Shown here piece by piece: positions 47,242-59,930 of a stretch of 64,000 bases of DNA (positions are counted from its first letter, which is position 1; every line of letters begins with the position of its first letter). The position numbers and the translations under genes are program-made. The stretch is from NCBI RefSeq assembly GCF_001194135.2, contig NC_068985.1, forward strand, positions 122,665,164 to 122,729,163. Direction: 5' to 3'. The notes below the pieces were generated by a model. It had not been told where the DNA came from. It was given only the letters and a program-made list of their open reading frames with translations, and ran no database searches. The DNA is from Octopus bimaculoides (lineage: Eukaryota).

Positions 47242-48507
47242 TATATATGATGTGTATTGATGTGTAAGCGCGTGTGTGTATTATATATATATATATATAT
47301 ATATATATNNNNNNNNNNNNNNNNNNNNNNNNNNNNNNNNNNNNNNNNNNNNNNNNNNNNNNNNNNNNNNNNNNNNNNNNNNNNNNNNNNNNNNNNNNNN
47401 NNNNNNNNNNNNNNNNNNNNNNNNNNNNNNNNNNNNNNNNNNNNNNNNNNNNNNNNNNNNNNNNNNNNNNNNNNNNNNNNNNNNNNNNNNNNNNNNNNNN
47501 NNNNNNNNNNNNNNNNNNNNNNNNNNNNNNNNNNNNNNNNNNNNNNNNNNNNNNNNNNNNNNNNNNNNNNNNNNNNNNNNNNNNNNNNNNNNNNNNNNNN
47601 NNNNNNNNNNNNNNNNNNNNNNNNNNNNNNNNNNNNNNNNNNNNNNNNNNNNNNNNNNNNNNNNNNNNNNNNNNNNNNNNNNNNNNNNNNNNNNNNNNNN
47701 NNNNNNNNNNNNNNNNNNNNNNNTATATATACATACATACACATACATAATACCTTTATATACATATACCCGTATATATGTATACATGTAAGTGTGTATG
47801 TATGTATAATAAACAAAACCGGAAGGATAGTTCAAACCCTCACAACTCATGTTTCAACTGTGTTTTATTGCAAATACGAATCCGTTGCGTAACTTAATAA
47901 ATAATGTGCAGATTCGTATCGTCACATAACCATTTTTTAGGTGATAGTCTGTCAAATATATATACAGATATATATTTGAAAAAATGAATAGAAATGGACA
48001 TATTTCGGGATGGTCAATTTTTTTTTGACAAACGATATTTGTGAAAAAAAAACAAAAACAAAAAATAAATAAATAACCATCCCGAATTATAACATCTGCT
48101 TCAACACACGGTTTCACATCAGTTATCTTGGAACACAAATTCATAAACGAATAAAAATGGCTTTTCTGATAATTTTTCCACTTTAATAATTGGATGTTTA
48201 TAAGTTTACACACACATGGCTATGTGTATGTGTGTGTGTGCGTCTGCATATACACATGATGGTGATGGCTGTCCACTCGTGACCGAAGAAGACCATTGCC
48301 GACCTTCAGAAACATTGTGCGCTCTAGGACTAACTTATATTTTGCATTTGCGGCTCCGTTGGTGGACAATGAGCCCTGCTCTTGACAAGCATACACGACT
48401 GCAAACATTGCAGATTAAGCTTTCCCCATTCACTATATGAGCCGTGCACTTGACATATACACATACACACATACATACACACATACATATATACATACAT
48501 ACATACA

Positions 48508-48539
<32 letters not shown>

Positions 48540-49040
48540 CTCATGCATATTATTTAGGTAATATTACGTCTGATGATGTAAGGCAATAGGTTCACACAAA
48601 TAGTGCTCTGGTTGACTTGCTACGTAAAACAACTTGAATTACAGTTGAAAGTAGGGAGAAACTTTTCTCTGTGCTTCACTAGTAGTAGGCCAAAGCCCAC
48701 TACTAAGGATCTAGCTCATTCGCTCTCCGATGATGGAATAAATTGCTACTAGATAGATAGCTATCGTTCGCTTCCAGGAAAATGTACTATCTGCGCCATC
48801 TACTCTTAAAACAGCTGCTTTAACGGTATATTACCATGAGCATACCATCCGATTTATTATTTAATATATATATATAAATATATAGTTTTTGGGAAAAGAA
48901 CCAAGGTTCATGAACCCATCGATGAAAATCCACTGTCACATATAGAATAATTAATAAACTAAAGCACAATAAATAATATATATATATGTATATATATAGT
49001 CAACGAAAAACGGAAGATGGAAGATACGAGAATTTTATTA

Positions 49041-49146
49041 ATCCCTACAGTTGTTTCGACACATCTAGCATCGATCCCTCACGGGTGGGATACTGAACAA
49101 CTGGTTCAAGAGCATCCCACGGTGCAGATGTGTTTTTTCGGGTGAT
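49041..49146 (-). ncRNA. Degenerate long-stem-II hammerhead motif
   Basis: CCGAAAA core (vs CUGAAGA), ACACAUCU/AGAUGUGU stem II plus inner hairpin, and GAAA CAACUG UA. Confidence 0.55.
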
Positions 49147-49172
49147 AAACAGACAGATAAATAGATAGGTAG

Positions 49173-49225
<53 letters not shown>

Positions 49226-49385
49226 GAGAGAGAGAGACAGAGAGACAGACAGAGTGAGAGAAATACATACATGGATACATACATACACGCATACATACAT
49301 ACATGCATAGATACATACAAACATACATGTGTATGTGTGTGTGTATAAATATATGTATATATGTGAATATGTGTAAATATATATA

Positions 49386-49418
<33 letters not shown>

Positions 49419-49597
49419 TCAAACAGGTGAGATCCGGAGATTCTCAATATAGAAAACACTTTGTAGCGCTCAAATGATTTGAACTCACACTCCGAAACCT
49501 TAAACGAGGACCAGGTCCGTGGAAATAATGATGCAAATAAACAAACAAACACGCTTGGGTCTGATATACAAAATATGTATACATGTATATGTGTAAA

Positions 49598-50054
49598 TAG
49601 AGAGAAAGTAAGGACTGAAAATTTTCAGACGATTAATATTCAAGTATAAATATATAGATATTACGGAGATGTACTTGCATAGCAGGTGACCTGATCTGAG
49701 ATCGTATGCTGGAACGAAAACAATTGCAGCGTGGAAGGTGTTTACAAGCCATTTAAAATAACACACAAAAGCCGTCAGATTCACTTCAACATTTAAATTT
49801 AATTTGTCAAAATATTTTCGTCGCTTTGAGACCGCGACCTGTTCACTGACAAAATTGTGCTGCATATAGATATTTATATATTAACAGAGCTAACATACGC
49901 TGGGTGCAAAAGAGATAGAAAATGAAAGGGGAAAAGGTGTGGTGTTACAAGCCTTTGTACTCTGTGTAAGTTTCATCTATTAATATATAAATATCTATAT
50001 ATTTATACTTGAATATTCATTGTCTGAAAATTTTCAGTCTTTGCTTTCTCTCTA
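49598..50054. mobile_element. About 460-bp cassette with 65-bp inverted ends enclosing a hammerhead (49803-49853, minus)
   Basis: 49598-49662 is the reverse complement of 49990-50054 (4 mismatches). Internal motif: UUUGUCA-GUGAACA-G-GUCGC..GCGAC-GAA-AAU AUU-U-UGACAAA. Confidence 0.75.
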
Positions 50055-50062
50055 ATTTCATG

Positions 50063-50095
<33 letters not shown>

Positions 50096-50284
50096 NNNNN
50101 NNNNNNNNNNNNNNNNNNNNNNNNNNNNNNNNNNNNNNNNNNNNNNNNNNNNNNNNNNNNNNNNNNNNNNNNNNNNNNNNNNNNNNNNNNNNNNNNNNNN
50201 NNNNNNNNNNNNNNNNNNNNNNNNNNNNNNNNNNNNNNNNNNNNNNNNNNNNNNNNNNNNNNNNNNNNNNNNNNNNNNNNNNNN

Positions 50285-50378
<94 letters not shown>

Positions 50379-50825
50379 TGTGTATGTATGTATGTAAATA
50401 TATGCTTACACATACATATATGTATATAAATATGTGTATATGCACACGCACTCACACACACATGCATATACTCTTATTGAAACTGCAAAATTGTCACAAT
50501 CTTTAATACGTTTTCATATTTGAGTACAATATTTTCCACCTTGTTTTGCACTGATGTGTTCACTTGTGTGTGTGTGTGTGTGTGTGTGTGCGTATTTTAT
50601 GGACTCTCAAGTCGCTTGTCGACGTATGGGGGTTCTGCAATTTCTTGCTGAACAGTCACACAGATGATTGATGATTTGTTTATAGTGATCAAATGTCCGT
50701 GTTCATATAAGCTCACCCTCTTCATCAAAGGAACATCGCCTGTACAGTTGAACAAGTGTGTCGCATGTAAGATGTCGAAATGATCGTAGAGCAACTGAAA
50801 ATGGATATTTTACTAAAAAACTCAA

Positions 50826-50905
50826 CCGGCCGCCTGGTGCGGGAATCGAACCCATGAACTAGCGATCGTGAGTGCAACACCGTAACCACCAGGCCGCTCG
50901 CCTCC
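50826..50905 (-). mobile_element. Isolated tRNA-like SINE head (family D-like)
   Basis: GGAGGCGAGCGGCCTGGTGGTTACGGTG...GGGTTCGATTCCCGC A/B boxes. Confidence 0.6.
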
Positions 50906-51365
50906 ACTACCTAAATTCGACCCATGCCTTGTGACTAAAATGTGGAGGACGGAGGCTGTATAGGAAACTGTAAAGTGAACTGTTCCAATAATTCAATGGG
51001 GAGTGTCATGTCTCCTTCGGTGTCACACTTATATTGAGCAGGTACTTCAAATAACTGAATCCTCATCGTCGAAACATGTGGAGAACCATTTCTTTTAGTG
51101 ATATTCATTGTGATGCTGAAGAGGGGAGGTAAATAATGGTTTCAGTAGTAGTTTGGTGATAGTGACATAATAATAATGGTGATGATAGTGGTAGTGGTGG
51201 TGGTGGTGGTGGTGGTGATAGCAGTGGTGGTGGTGTTGGGTATGATGGTAGTAGTGGTGGTAATAGTGACGGTGATGATAGTTGTGGTGGTGGTAGTTGT
51301 GGTACTATGGAGGAAAGATAAATGATTGTATTAGTAGTAGTTTTCGTGATGGTGATGGTGGTGGT

Positions 51366-52090
51366 GGTAAGGGTGGTCGTAACGACGGTGGTGGTGGTAG
51401 TTGTGATGATGATGCTGGTGGTGGTATGGCGGTAAGATAATCATAGTTTTAGTCGTAATTTTTGTGATGGTGACTGGTGGTGGTAAGGGTGGTCGTAACG
51501 ACGGTGGTGGTGGTAGTTGCGATGATGATGCTGGTGGTGGTATGACGGTAAGATAATCATAGTTTTAGTCGTAATTTTTGTGATGGTGACAGTGGTGGCN
51601 NNNNNNNNNNNNNNNNNNNNNNNNNNNNNNNNNNNNNNNNNNNNNNNNNNNNNNNNNNNNNNNNNNNNNNNNNNNNNNNNNNNNNNNNNNNNNNNNNNNN
51701 NNNNNNNNNNNNNNNNNNNNNNNNNNNNNNNNNNNNNNNNNNNNNNNNNNNNNNNNNNNNNNNNNNNNNNNNNNNNNNNNNNNNNNNNNNNNNNNNNNNN
51801 NNNNNNNNNNNNNNNNNNNNNNNNNNNNNNNNNNNNNNNNNNNNNNNNNNNNNNNNNNNNNNNNNNNNNNNNNNNNNNNNNNNNNNNNNNNNCGATGATG
51901 ATGCTGGTGGTGGTATGACGGTAAGATAATCATAGTTTTAGTCGTAATTTTTGTGATGGTGACAGTGGTGGTGGTAAGGGTGGTCGTAACGACGGTGGTG
52001 GTGGTAGTTGTGATGATGATGCTGGTGGTGGTATGGCGGTAAGATAATCATAGTTTTAGTCGTAATTTTTGTGATGGTGACAGTGGTGGC
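51366..52090. repeat. Minisatellite with a 116-117 bp GT-rich unit (collapsed in a gap)
   Basis: GGTAAGGGTGGTCGTAACGACGG...GTAAGATAATCATAGTTTTAGTCGTAATTTTTGTGATGG recurs at 51366, 51482 and 51973. Confidence 0.9.
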
Positions 52091-52239
52091 GGTGGTGGTG
52101 GTGATAATGGTCTCTTTGATGGTGATGGTACGATGGTAAGATAATGATAATTTTGGTAGTAGTTTTGGAGATGGTGACATAGTAATCTTGGTAGAGGTGA
52201 AGGTGGTGGTAGTGGTGGTGGTAGTGGCTGTGGTGTTCA

Positions 52240-52800
52240 GAAATTCCTTCTTCCTTGCCACCTGCATATCTATCGCTTGTATTCCTTATTCCTTCATTCT
52301 TTTTCCCTTCATTCCTGCATTCTTCCTTCCTTCCTTCATCTCATTTGCCTTTTATTCTGTCTTCCTTTCCTTCGTTCCAAATAATTCTCTTCTGTCTCTT
52401 CCCCCCTCTCTCTCTCCTCCGTCACCTCTCTTCCTATCCATTTCCCTTTTCTTTTCCTTCCGTCTCTCTCTTCTGCCTCTCTCCTCCCTTTCTTTCGCGT
52501 TCTCTCTCTCTCTCTTTCTCTGTCTCCGTTTTCCATATCTCCCTCATCTCACACCTTACCTCTCTTCCTATCTCTCCCTCTTCTTCCCTCTCCAACCACC
52601 ACTCCCCTCTCCCCTCTCCTTCCCTTCTGTTTCCTTTTTATTCTCCTTTTTATTCCCCTTTCTCTCCCCGTTTATCTCCGTCCCCCTCTTTCTTCTGTAA
52701 CACTCTCCTCTCCCTCCATCTCTCAACCCTCTCCCGCCTCTGCTTCCTCCCCTTCTCCTTACTCCTTCTCCCCTTTCCTCCCCCCTGTCTCTCCCACCTT
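52240..52800. repeat. Long polypyrimidine/polypurine tract
   Basis: About 550 nt, almost entirely C/T on the plus strand. Confidence 0.85.
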
Positions 52801-53051
52801 CCTTACAACAACCAGTAGCTGATGGCCAACACCATCATCAATACCAATGTACAACACTGCACTCTCGAGTACACGTTACCATGACAACCGATTCCTTCAC
52901 TTCTCCATTTTTTCTTTCCTCAACAGTACCCGGTTCCTTAATAATTGGAGAATCTATTGAGCATGCGCCGTGTCTGAAGAGTAGAAACATATTCAGTTAG
53001 ATTGTTGAAGGTTGTTGTTGCTGCAATAGTAGTAGTAGTAGCAGCGGTAGC

Positions 53052-53102
<51 letters not shown>

Positions 53103-54832
53103 TGTTGGTGGTGGTGGTGATGGTGATGGCTTGAAGTTGGAGCGAGTAGGTGAGTGTATGCGTATGTGTGTGTACATGAGTATGTATATGTGTGTATGTA
53201 TATATATGTGTGTATGTATGTATATATGTTTATATATATGTATATATGTTTCCTTCTTTCTTATGTTTGTCTCACCTTGCTAACTATATGTATATATGTA
53301 TATATATATACACATGTATGTGTATATATACATATATATGTGTATATATACATATATGTATATATATAAAACAAATAATAAATGAGTATATGCATATATA
53401 CGTACAGGTAAGTGCATACCTACGTCTACCTGTATACATAGATGCATATCTGGGTACAGGACATTGCAAACAAAACATAGACAAAAAAATAATAATAACG
53501 AGAGTACAGAAAACACACAGGCCACGTAGAGAACATTTTCCTTCATCGGCTNNNNNNNNNNNNNNNNNNNNNNNNNNNNNNNNNNNNNNNNNNNNNNNNN
53601 NNNNNNNNNNNNNNNNNNNNNNNNNNNNNNNNNNNNNNNNNNNNNNNNNNNNNNNNNNNNNNNNNNNNNNNNNNNNNNNNNNNNNNNNNNNNNNNNNNNN
53701 NNNNNNNNNNNNNNNNNNNNNNNNNNNNNNNNNNNNNNNNNNNNNNNNNNNNNTATATATATATATATATATGTATATATACACATATATGTGGTGGTAG
53801 TGGTGGTGCTTTTGTCGTGTAACTTTTTGAACAGCCCAAAGCGCGCCCCGCAATCTAGAACACACCGTGTCTCAGTATATGGCCCTCCACCCACCATACA
53901 TGGGTTCGTAGTGCGGGATGCAACGATACCTGGGGGTAGTGTAGCCGATGGCGGTATGGCCGATTACCTAACTTTAGTTTGATGGTCGATAATTTTGGTG
54001 ATGACGTTGCTAAATTCAGTTGAAAACTATAGTGTTGGTTTTGTTGTTGTTGGTAGTGGTGGCATAGTATTGGTGTCAGTGGTATAGTAGTGTTAGTTAC
54101 AGTGTATAGTGTTCATATATAAAATAGTACAATAGTGTCATTGATAGAAGTGGTGCTACAGTGTTGTTGTTGAGAGTACAAGTGTTGTTGTTGGCACAGT
54201 GTTACTTCTAATAGTGGTAGTGGTCGGATAGTGTCGTTGTTAATGGCGTAATATTGTTGTTGTTATTGTAGATAGTGGTAGTATAATGTTGCTCTTAGTG
54301 GTGTTGTGGTGGTGTTGTTGGTGGTGGTAGTGATGGTGGTAGTAACGTTGTTGTTGTTGATAATATTTATAGTAGTGATAATGGTGGTGGGGATATACTG
54401 TGGTTGATGCTAGTGGTAGTGGTGGTTATGGTAGTGGTGGTGGTGGTTGTGGTGATGGTGGTTGTGGTGATGGTGGTGGTGGTAGTGCTTGTGGCTTGTT
54501 GATGACGGTGTTGGTATAGTGTTGCTGTGGTTGTTGTTATTGTTATTGGTGGGCGTGATTTTTTGGTGGTCTTCTGATGGTTTTTACTGCTAAACTCTAG
54601 TGGTTTGATGGTGGATGGGGGTGACATAGTCTTAATGTGTTTGGTTGTGATGAAGGAGAATTTTTATTCACTACCAATATTTTAAAGAGTTTTACTAATG
54701 TCTAATGTTATTAGTGTTAATGGTCGCAGCTGTGACGTTGCTATGGAACAAGCAGCAGCAGCAGTAGTAGTAGCAGTAGTAGAAGAAGTTCTCGTATAGT
54801 AAATGTTGGCGTCGGTGAAGGCATCGATGGTA

Positions 54833-55059
54833 TGGTGAACTTACAGAATAGTTACTGCGCCGGACAAAATGCTTAGCGACATTTCTTCTGGCTTTACATT
54901 TTGAGTTCAAATTCCGCCGAAAGTTAACTTTGCCTTTCATCCTTTCGAGGTCGATAAAATAAGTATCAGTTGAGTACTGGAGTCGATGTAATCGACTGTT
55001 ACTTCTACAAATTTCAGGCCTAGTGCCAAAATTTAAAATCATCATCATCATCATCATCA

Positions 55060-55115
<56 letters not shown>

Positions 55116-55800
55116 TAGAGACGTCTTTGATGCCGGCGGTGTTGGCTATATCAGTAGTAGTTTTAATGGTAGAATTAGTGAAGTTGTTACTGATACACGC
55201 AGATCGTAGTGAAAGTGTTACTAGCGTTGGTGGCAATGATGATGATGATGGTAGTGATGGTGGTGGTGGTGGTGGTGGTTGGTGTGGAGCTAGTTATGGT
55301 GGTTGTTGTAGTGAACAAGGAGAAATTGATACAATAATCAATATGATCAAAATGGTGGCCATAGTACGGATTTATAAACGTGGAAACAACCAGGAAGAAA
55401 ATTTGAAAGCGCAGAAGTAGTAAAATGAGAAAGAAAAGAAAGAGTAGAGTATTGACATAAGAAGAAACAGGGTTACTGAAAAAAGATTAAGGTATTTCCC
55501 TTGGATTAAAGACCAGATGTTCCAACTACTTTCATATGTATATAAAAATAAAATTTTAACCTGATTTTATTATTTCTTTCTAATTACTGATTCTTTCTTT
55601 CTAATTTTATCACAAAGCTAGCAATTTTGAGGTCAGGGTTAAGTCAATGACATTGACCGCTGTACTCAATTGGTACTTTTTATCCATTTCAAAAGAGTGA
55701 TGGGCAAAGTCGATCTCGGTGGTATTTGAACTCTGAACGTAAAGAGTCGAAAAAATATAGTAAAGGACTTTGTCCAGGATGCTAATAGTTCTGCCAGCTC
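54833..55800. mobile_element. Two older SINE family B copies (about 54833-55040 plus; about 55610-55800 minus)
   Basis: GAGTTCAAATTCCGCCG...TTTGCCTTTCATCCTTTCGAGGTCGAT core, with a (CAT)n(TAT)n tail on the first copy. Confidence 0.75.
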
Positions 55801-56499
55801 TATCGGAATAGAGTGCCTAGTAGAACTGTTATAAAAGTTTGCCTCCTTAGCACGGCCAGAATAATCAGGAAAGTATTAGATAGTCGAAAAGAACAGAGAG
55901 CATGGTACCGTAGTCTGCAAGCAGCAAGCCCGCTACGCATGCAAGACTCTAGGAGTTCCAACAAAACATGAGATTAAAAAAAAAAAAAACACTGCAGCGA
56001 ATAACAAACAGCATGGACGTGAGACGGCCGAGCTTCCCAGTAAGATAGGTGAAATCTGAAACCATCACGAAGCAGGAATTAAGAATCCGCAAAAGCAATA
56101 ACTATGTTTTAATGTAAGCCATCTCTGGAGACCGAAAGATTTNNNNNNNNNNNNNNNNNNNNNNNNNNNNNNNNNNNNNNNNNNNNNNNNNNNNNAAAAT
56201 AACTTCTCTCAGATGCGCCCCCACAGCAAAACGTGCGTGAAAATGTAAACACGTGGACTGCAATGCCACAATACCAAAACTGCGAGTAAAATTTTAATCA
56301 CATATGCATCCATATCTCTACAAATCTTCTATACATATGTCCATTGCTGTTTCTCGGTCTCTCGCTTATACATAAATAATGATTATAAAGTTTATACAAC
56401 CTACACACGAACGCGTACATAACAAGCACCGAACGCACGGTCTTTAAATGTTTTAAACGAAAGAGGCGACGAGCCTCATTCCTCTGAACTACTATGATC

Positions 56500-59400
56500 A
56501 GTATTCGGTGAAAAAAGCTATAAATTGAGAATAAAGAATGAAGGAGAAAGTAATAGTAGTGAATTTCGTCCAGTGAGCCTTGGACAATAGCTATACGAAA
56601 GAAATTTCAACACACGTTCAAGGGTGGTGTTTTGTAAAAAAATAAACGCTGTAAAGACGGACCCATCTCTTAATGTCACTACCCAAATGAATAACAAAAC
56701 CAAAAAGGAACGATGGACAGATAACCATGAATGCAATGTAGTGATTTATGCACACTACAAGGCAACACTCCTCCAAAAACATACAGGAATAAACTCATAC
56801 AGTAAATGCCCAATAAAATGAACAAACCCCACATGTGCCATAGAAGCCCGATGCCCAACAAAGAACACAACCTGCACTGCACAAACAACACAATACAAAC
56901 ACTAATACAACAGAAGATTCAAATCAAACCCCATAACAAAACATATTGATGCAATATAATATTCCCCAAACGGGGGAAAATGCAGCACACAACATCACCA
57001 GCACGAAATTGCAGCAAGTGACGCAATAGAAAGTTACTTGAAACTACTAGATGTCGAGCAATAATATTGGTGTTGACGATGGTGACAAACATTACTATAC
57101 CTCAATTTATGATAGGCAAAAGTTTGCCAAGAAACTCTGGTTGTAACAACGAAAATGAGGCTGGACCTTTAACGGAAGGCGTCTCGCTCGGCAGTGGTTC
57201 AGAAAAGATGCAGACAGCTGTTATCCTAAGACAGCATCAGCAAATAATAAAGTAACGAGGAGGAAGTGGACCAGCGAAGAAAACTGGATAGTGATGTAGT
57301 GCTACTTAGAGCCTAAAAGAAGAGGTTGTAGAAAATGGATGTTAGCACTTTGGGTAGAGAAGGGTGTGTTTAAAGTGACTGAGCAGAGACTAGTAGACCA
57401 AGCTAATGTTATAAGGAGAAGAAATGAGTTGAAAGAACTGGAGGTGGACAAGATCACAAGAGGACTGGAAAAGAAAAACCAGGCAGAAGAAAAGACAAAC
57501 AAGATAAGAGATACAGTTCAAAACAAAGAACCTGAAGGAAAAAATAATTATAGCATTACCAGTCAGGAAGGGACAACTAGCACCAGCGATTTAAGCCATT
57601 TAAGAGAGGAGATTCAGAAGATTTTAGATAAGTTGCAATAAACCATGAGTAAAGAAGAAAGAAAAGATTGCCAACATTAAAAGATATCAACAGAAGGAAT
57701 CGGCTAGATATAACTAGGAAAGCAGATTTTGTTATCAGTAGGATAGATACTAAAATATATAGGTCACACTAACTTATCGATCTATGCAGGAGGGATTGTA
57801 GTTACTAGAAAATTAGATATTCTACAAGGAAAGACTAGAAACGAACACATGTAGAAAAAGGAGACTACAAAATAAAGTGAAGACTTTAAGATAGGATCTG
57901 AGTTGAATAGAAGCCTGCAAACTGAACAAGTTAGGAAACAAAATTTTAATCTTCTCTTGGGAAAAGATACTAAGTCAAAGAGAAAGGATTTGGGACAATC
58001 ATGGAAGAGTTGAAACAGTATATCATATCAGTAACAAATAAGCTTTCCAGATATCAGAAAAGAATAGACCAATACCAACAGAATAGATTATTTGAGACAG
58101 ACCAGAGGAGATTTTATAAGTAAATAAATAGTAAAGAAGAAAGTACTGAAGATGAGAAACCTAATGTAGAAGAAGCTAAAAAGTTCTGGAGTAATATTTG
58201 GGATAAGTCAGTTAATCATAATGGAGATGCGGTGTGGTTAAAGAACGTGAGCGAAGTTGTGAGTAAGAAGCAGCCAGATCTAAAACTAACTAGTGCATTA
58301 ATGAGTAAAGTACAAGGAAAAATGCCGAATTGAAAGGGCCCAAGGCCAGATTTAGTTCAAGGGTACTGGTTAAAAAAATTTAGATGGGAGGCTGAGGGAA
58401 CAACTTTAGGATTGCCTTAATGGAGGAATAATATCAGATTGGATGACTAGACGGAAAACAATGCTCCTTTTGAAAGTCAAAAGCCTGGATAACACAACTG
58501 GCAATTATAAACAAATCGCTTGCTTACCATTAGTGTGGAAGCTGTTGACAGGATTGCTTTCAGAAAGCATTTACGAGCACCTTGACAACCAGAATTTACT
58601 GCTAGAAGAACAAAGAGGTTGCAGGAAGAAGGCTAGATGAACGCATGATCTATTATACATAGACAAAGCAATTTTAAATGAAGTAAAATCTAGAAAGAAA
58701 TGTTTTTTAATAGCACGTATAGATTATAACAAAGCCTACGACTTAATCCCACACTCATGGATTGAATATATTCAGTATTGCAGACAATATACGAGAATAA
58801 TTAGCTTTAGCATAAAGAAATAGAAAGTAGATCTTTACTCAGGTGATACAGACTTGAGGAAAGTTAATATCAGGAGAGGAATTTTCCAAGGCGACGCGTT
58901 ATCCCCTTTAATATTTCTCTTATCTTTAATGCACCTCAGCTTAGTATTAAGGAAGGCAAAAGCAAGGTATCAGTCCAGAAATAGTAAAGGAAAAATTAAC
59001 CATCTGCTCTACATGGGTGATCTGAAGCTTTTTAGTACGAATGAAAAAGAAATAGATTCCTTAATACAAACTGAAAGGCACTCCAGCAAAGATATACGCA
59101 TGGAATTTGGCATAGTTAAGTGTGCAATATTAGTTATGAAAAACTAATATTGCACACAGGTAGTCAACAGATGGTGAAATTAAGACAAAAAGGCCGGATA
59201 TAGTTGTCAGAGATCATCAAGAAAAATGTGCTTTCTAATCGATGTATCAATATCAACAGATGACAATGTTTCTCTAAAAGAAATGAAGAAACTTTCAAAA
59301 TACAAAGATCTGGAAATAGAGGTAACTCGAGTGTGGAGCCTAAAAACAGAAACAATTTCTATCATAATAGGTGCATTAGGTATGATGAAAAATATTCAGA

Positions 59401-59858
59401 CAAATACATAACAAAAACACCAGGACTAACAAGTATATATAACATACTGAAAATGGCACTACTATGTACCGCACACATCCTACGTAAAACGCTTTCAATA
59501 CAGTAAAAATAAGATCTTCACAACAAACCACAGCACATACCCAAGGCACACAGAGCTACGCTCGGTAGNNNNNNNNNNGCACGTTATAAAAATAAAACTA
59601 CTGAACAATAATAATAATAATAATAAAAACACACAATGTAAAGGACCCATGGATTGATAGAATATCTACAGACTTAGACTCCTCAGAAGAGCAAAAGTGG
59701 GAGGGTGTCAAAGTAGAGGATGTAAGACCTGCTCTCAGGAAGTCAAGTAAATGGAAGTCTCCAGGAAAGGATAAAATTCCTAACTTCTGGTTGAATGCCT
59801 TCCCAGAGAGCCATGAACTGCTAACAAAACTTTACAACAATGTTTTGCAACAACCTAG
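56500..59858 (+). mobile_element. Second R4/Dong-like family in two pieces (about 56500-57058 and 59626-59858) around the first
   Basis: The left piece has KKERWTDNHECNVVIYAHYKATL. The right piece has an open frame HNVKDPWID...EDVRPALRKSSKWKSPGKDKIPNFWLNAF. Confidence 0.6.
57059..59625 (+). mobile_element. R4/Dong-clade (restriction-like endonuclease) non-LTR retrotransposon, decayed and internally deleted
   Basis: RRKWTSEEN...TEQRLVDQA N-terminus. RT motifs NYKQIACLPLVWKLLTG, EEQRGCRK, IRRGIFQGDALSPL and INHLLYMGDLKL. RLE motif RPDIVVRD...LIDVS...KE..KLSKYKDL. (AAT)n tail. Confidence 0.9.

Positions 59859-59930
<72 letters not shown>

Noticed and set aside
48288-48335. CCGAAGA...GAAACATTGTG hammerhead-like spacing
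   Set aside because: The cleavage position would be G and stem I does not pair.
48728-48820. CCGATGA ... AAAACAGCTGCT resembling the long-stem-II group
   Set aside because: GAAA and the NUH site are altered and stem pairing is unconvincing.
53530-53551. CCGATGAAGG core on the minus strand next to a gap
   Set aside because: No GAAA half follows and the stem I side is in the gap.
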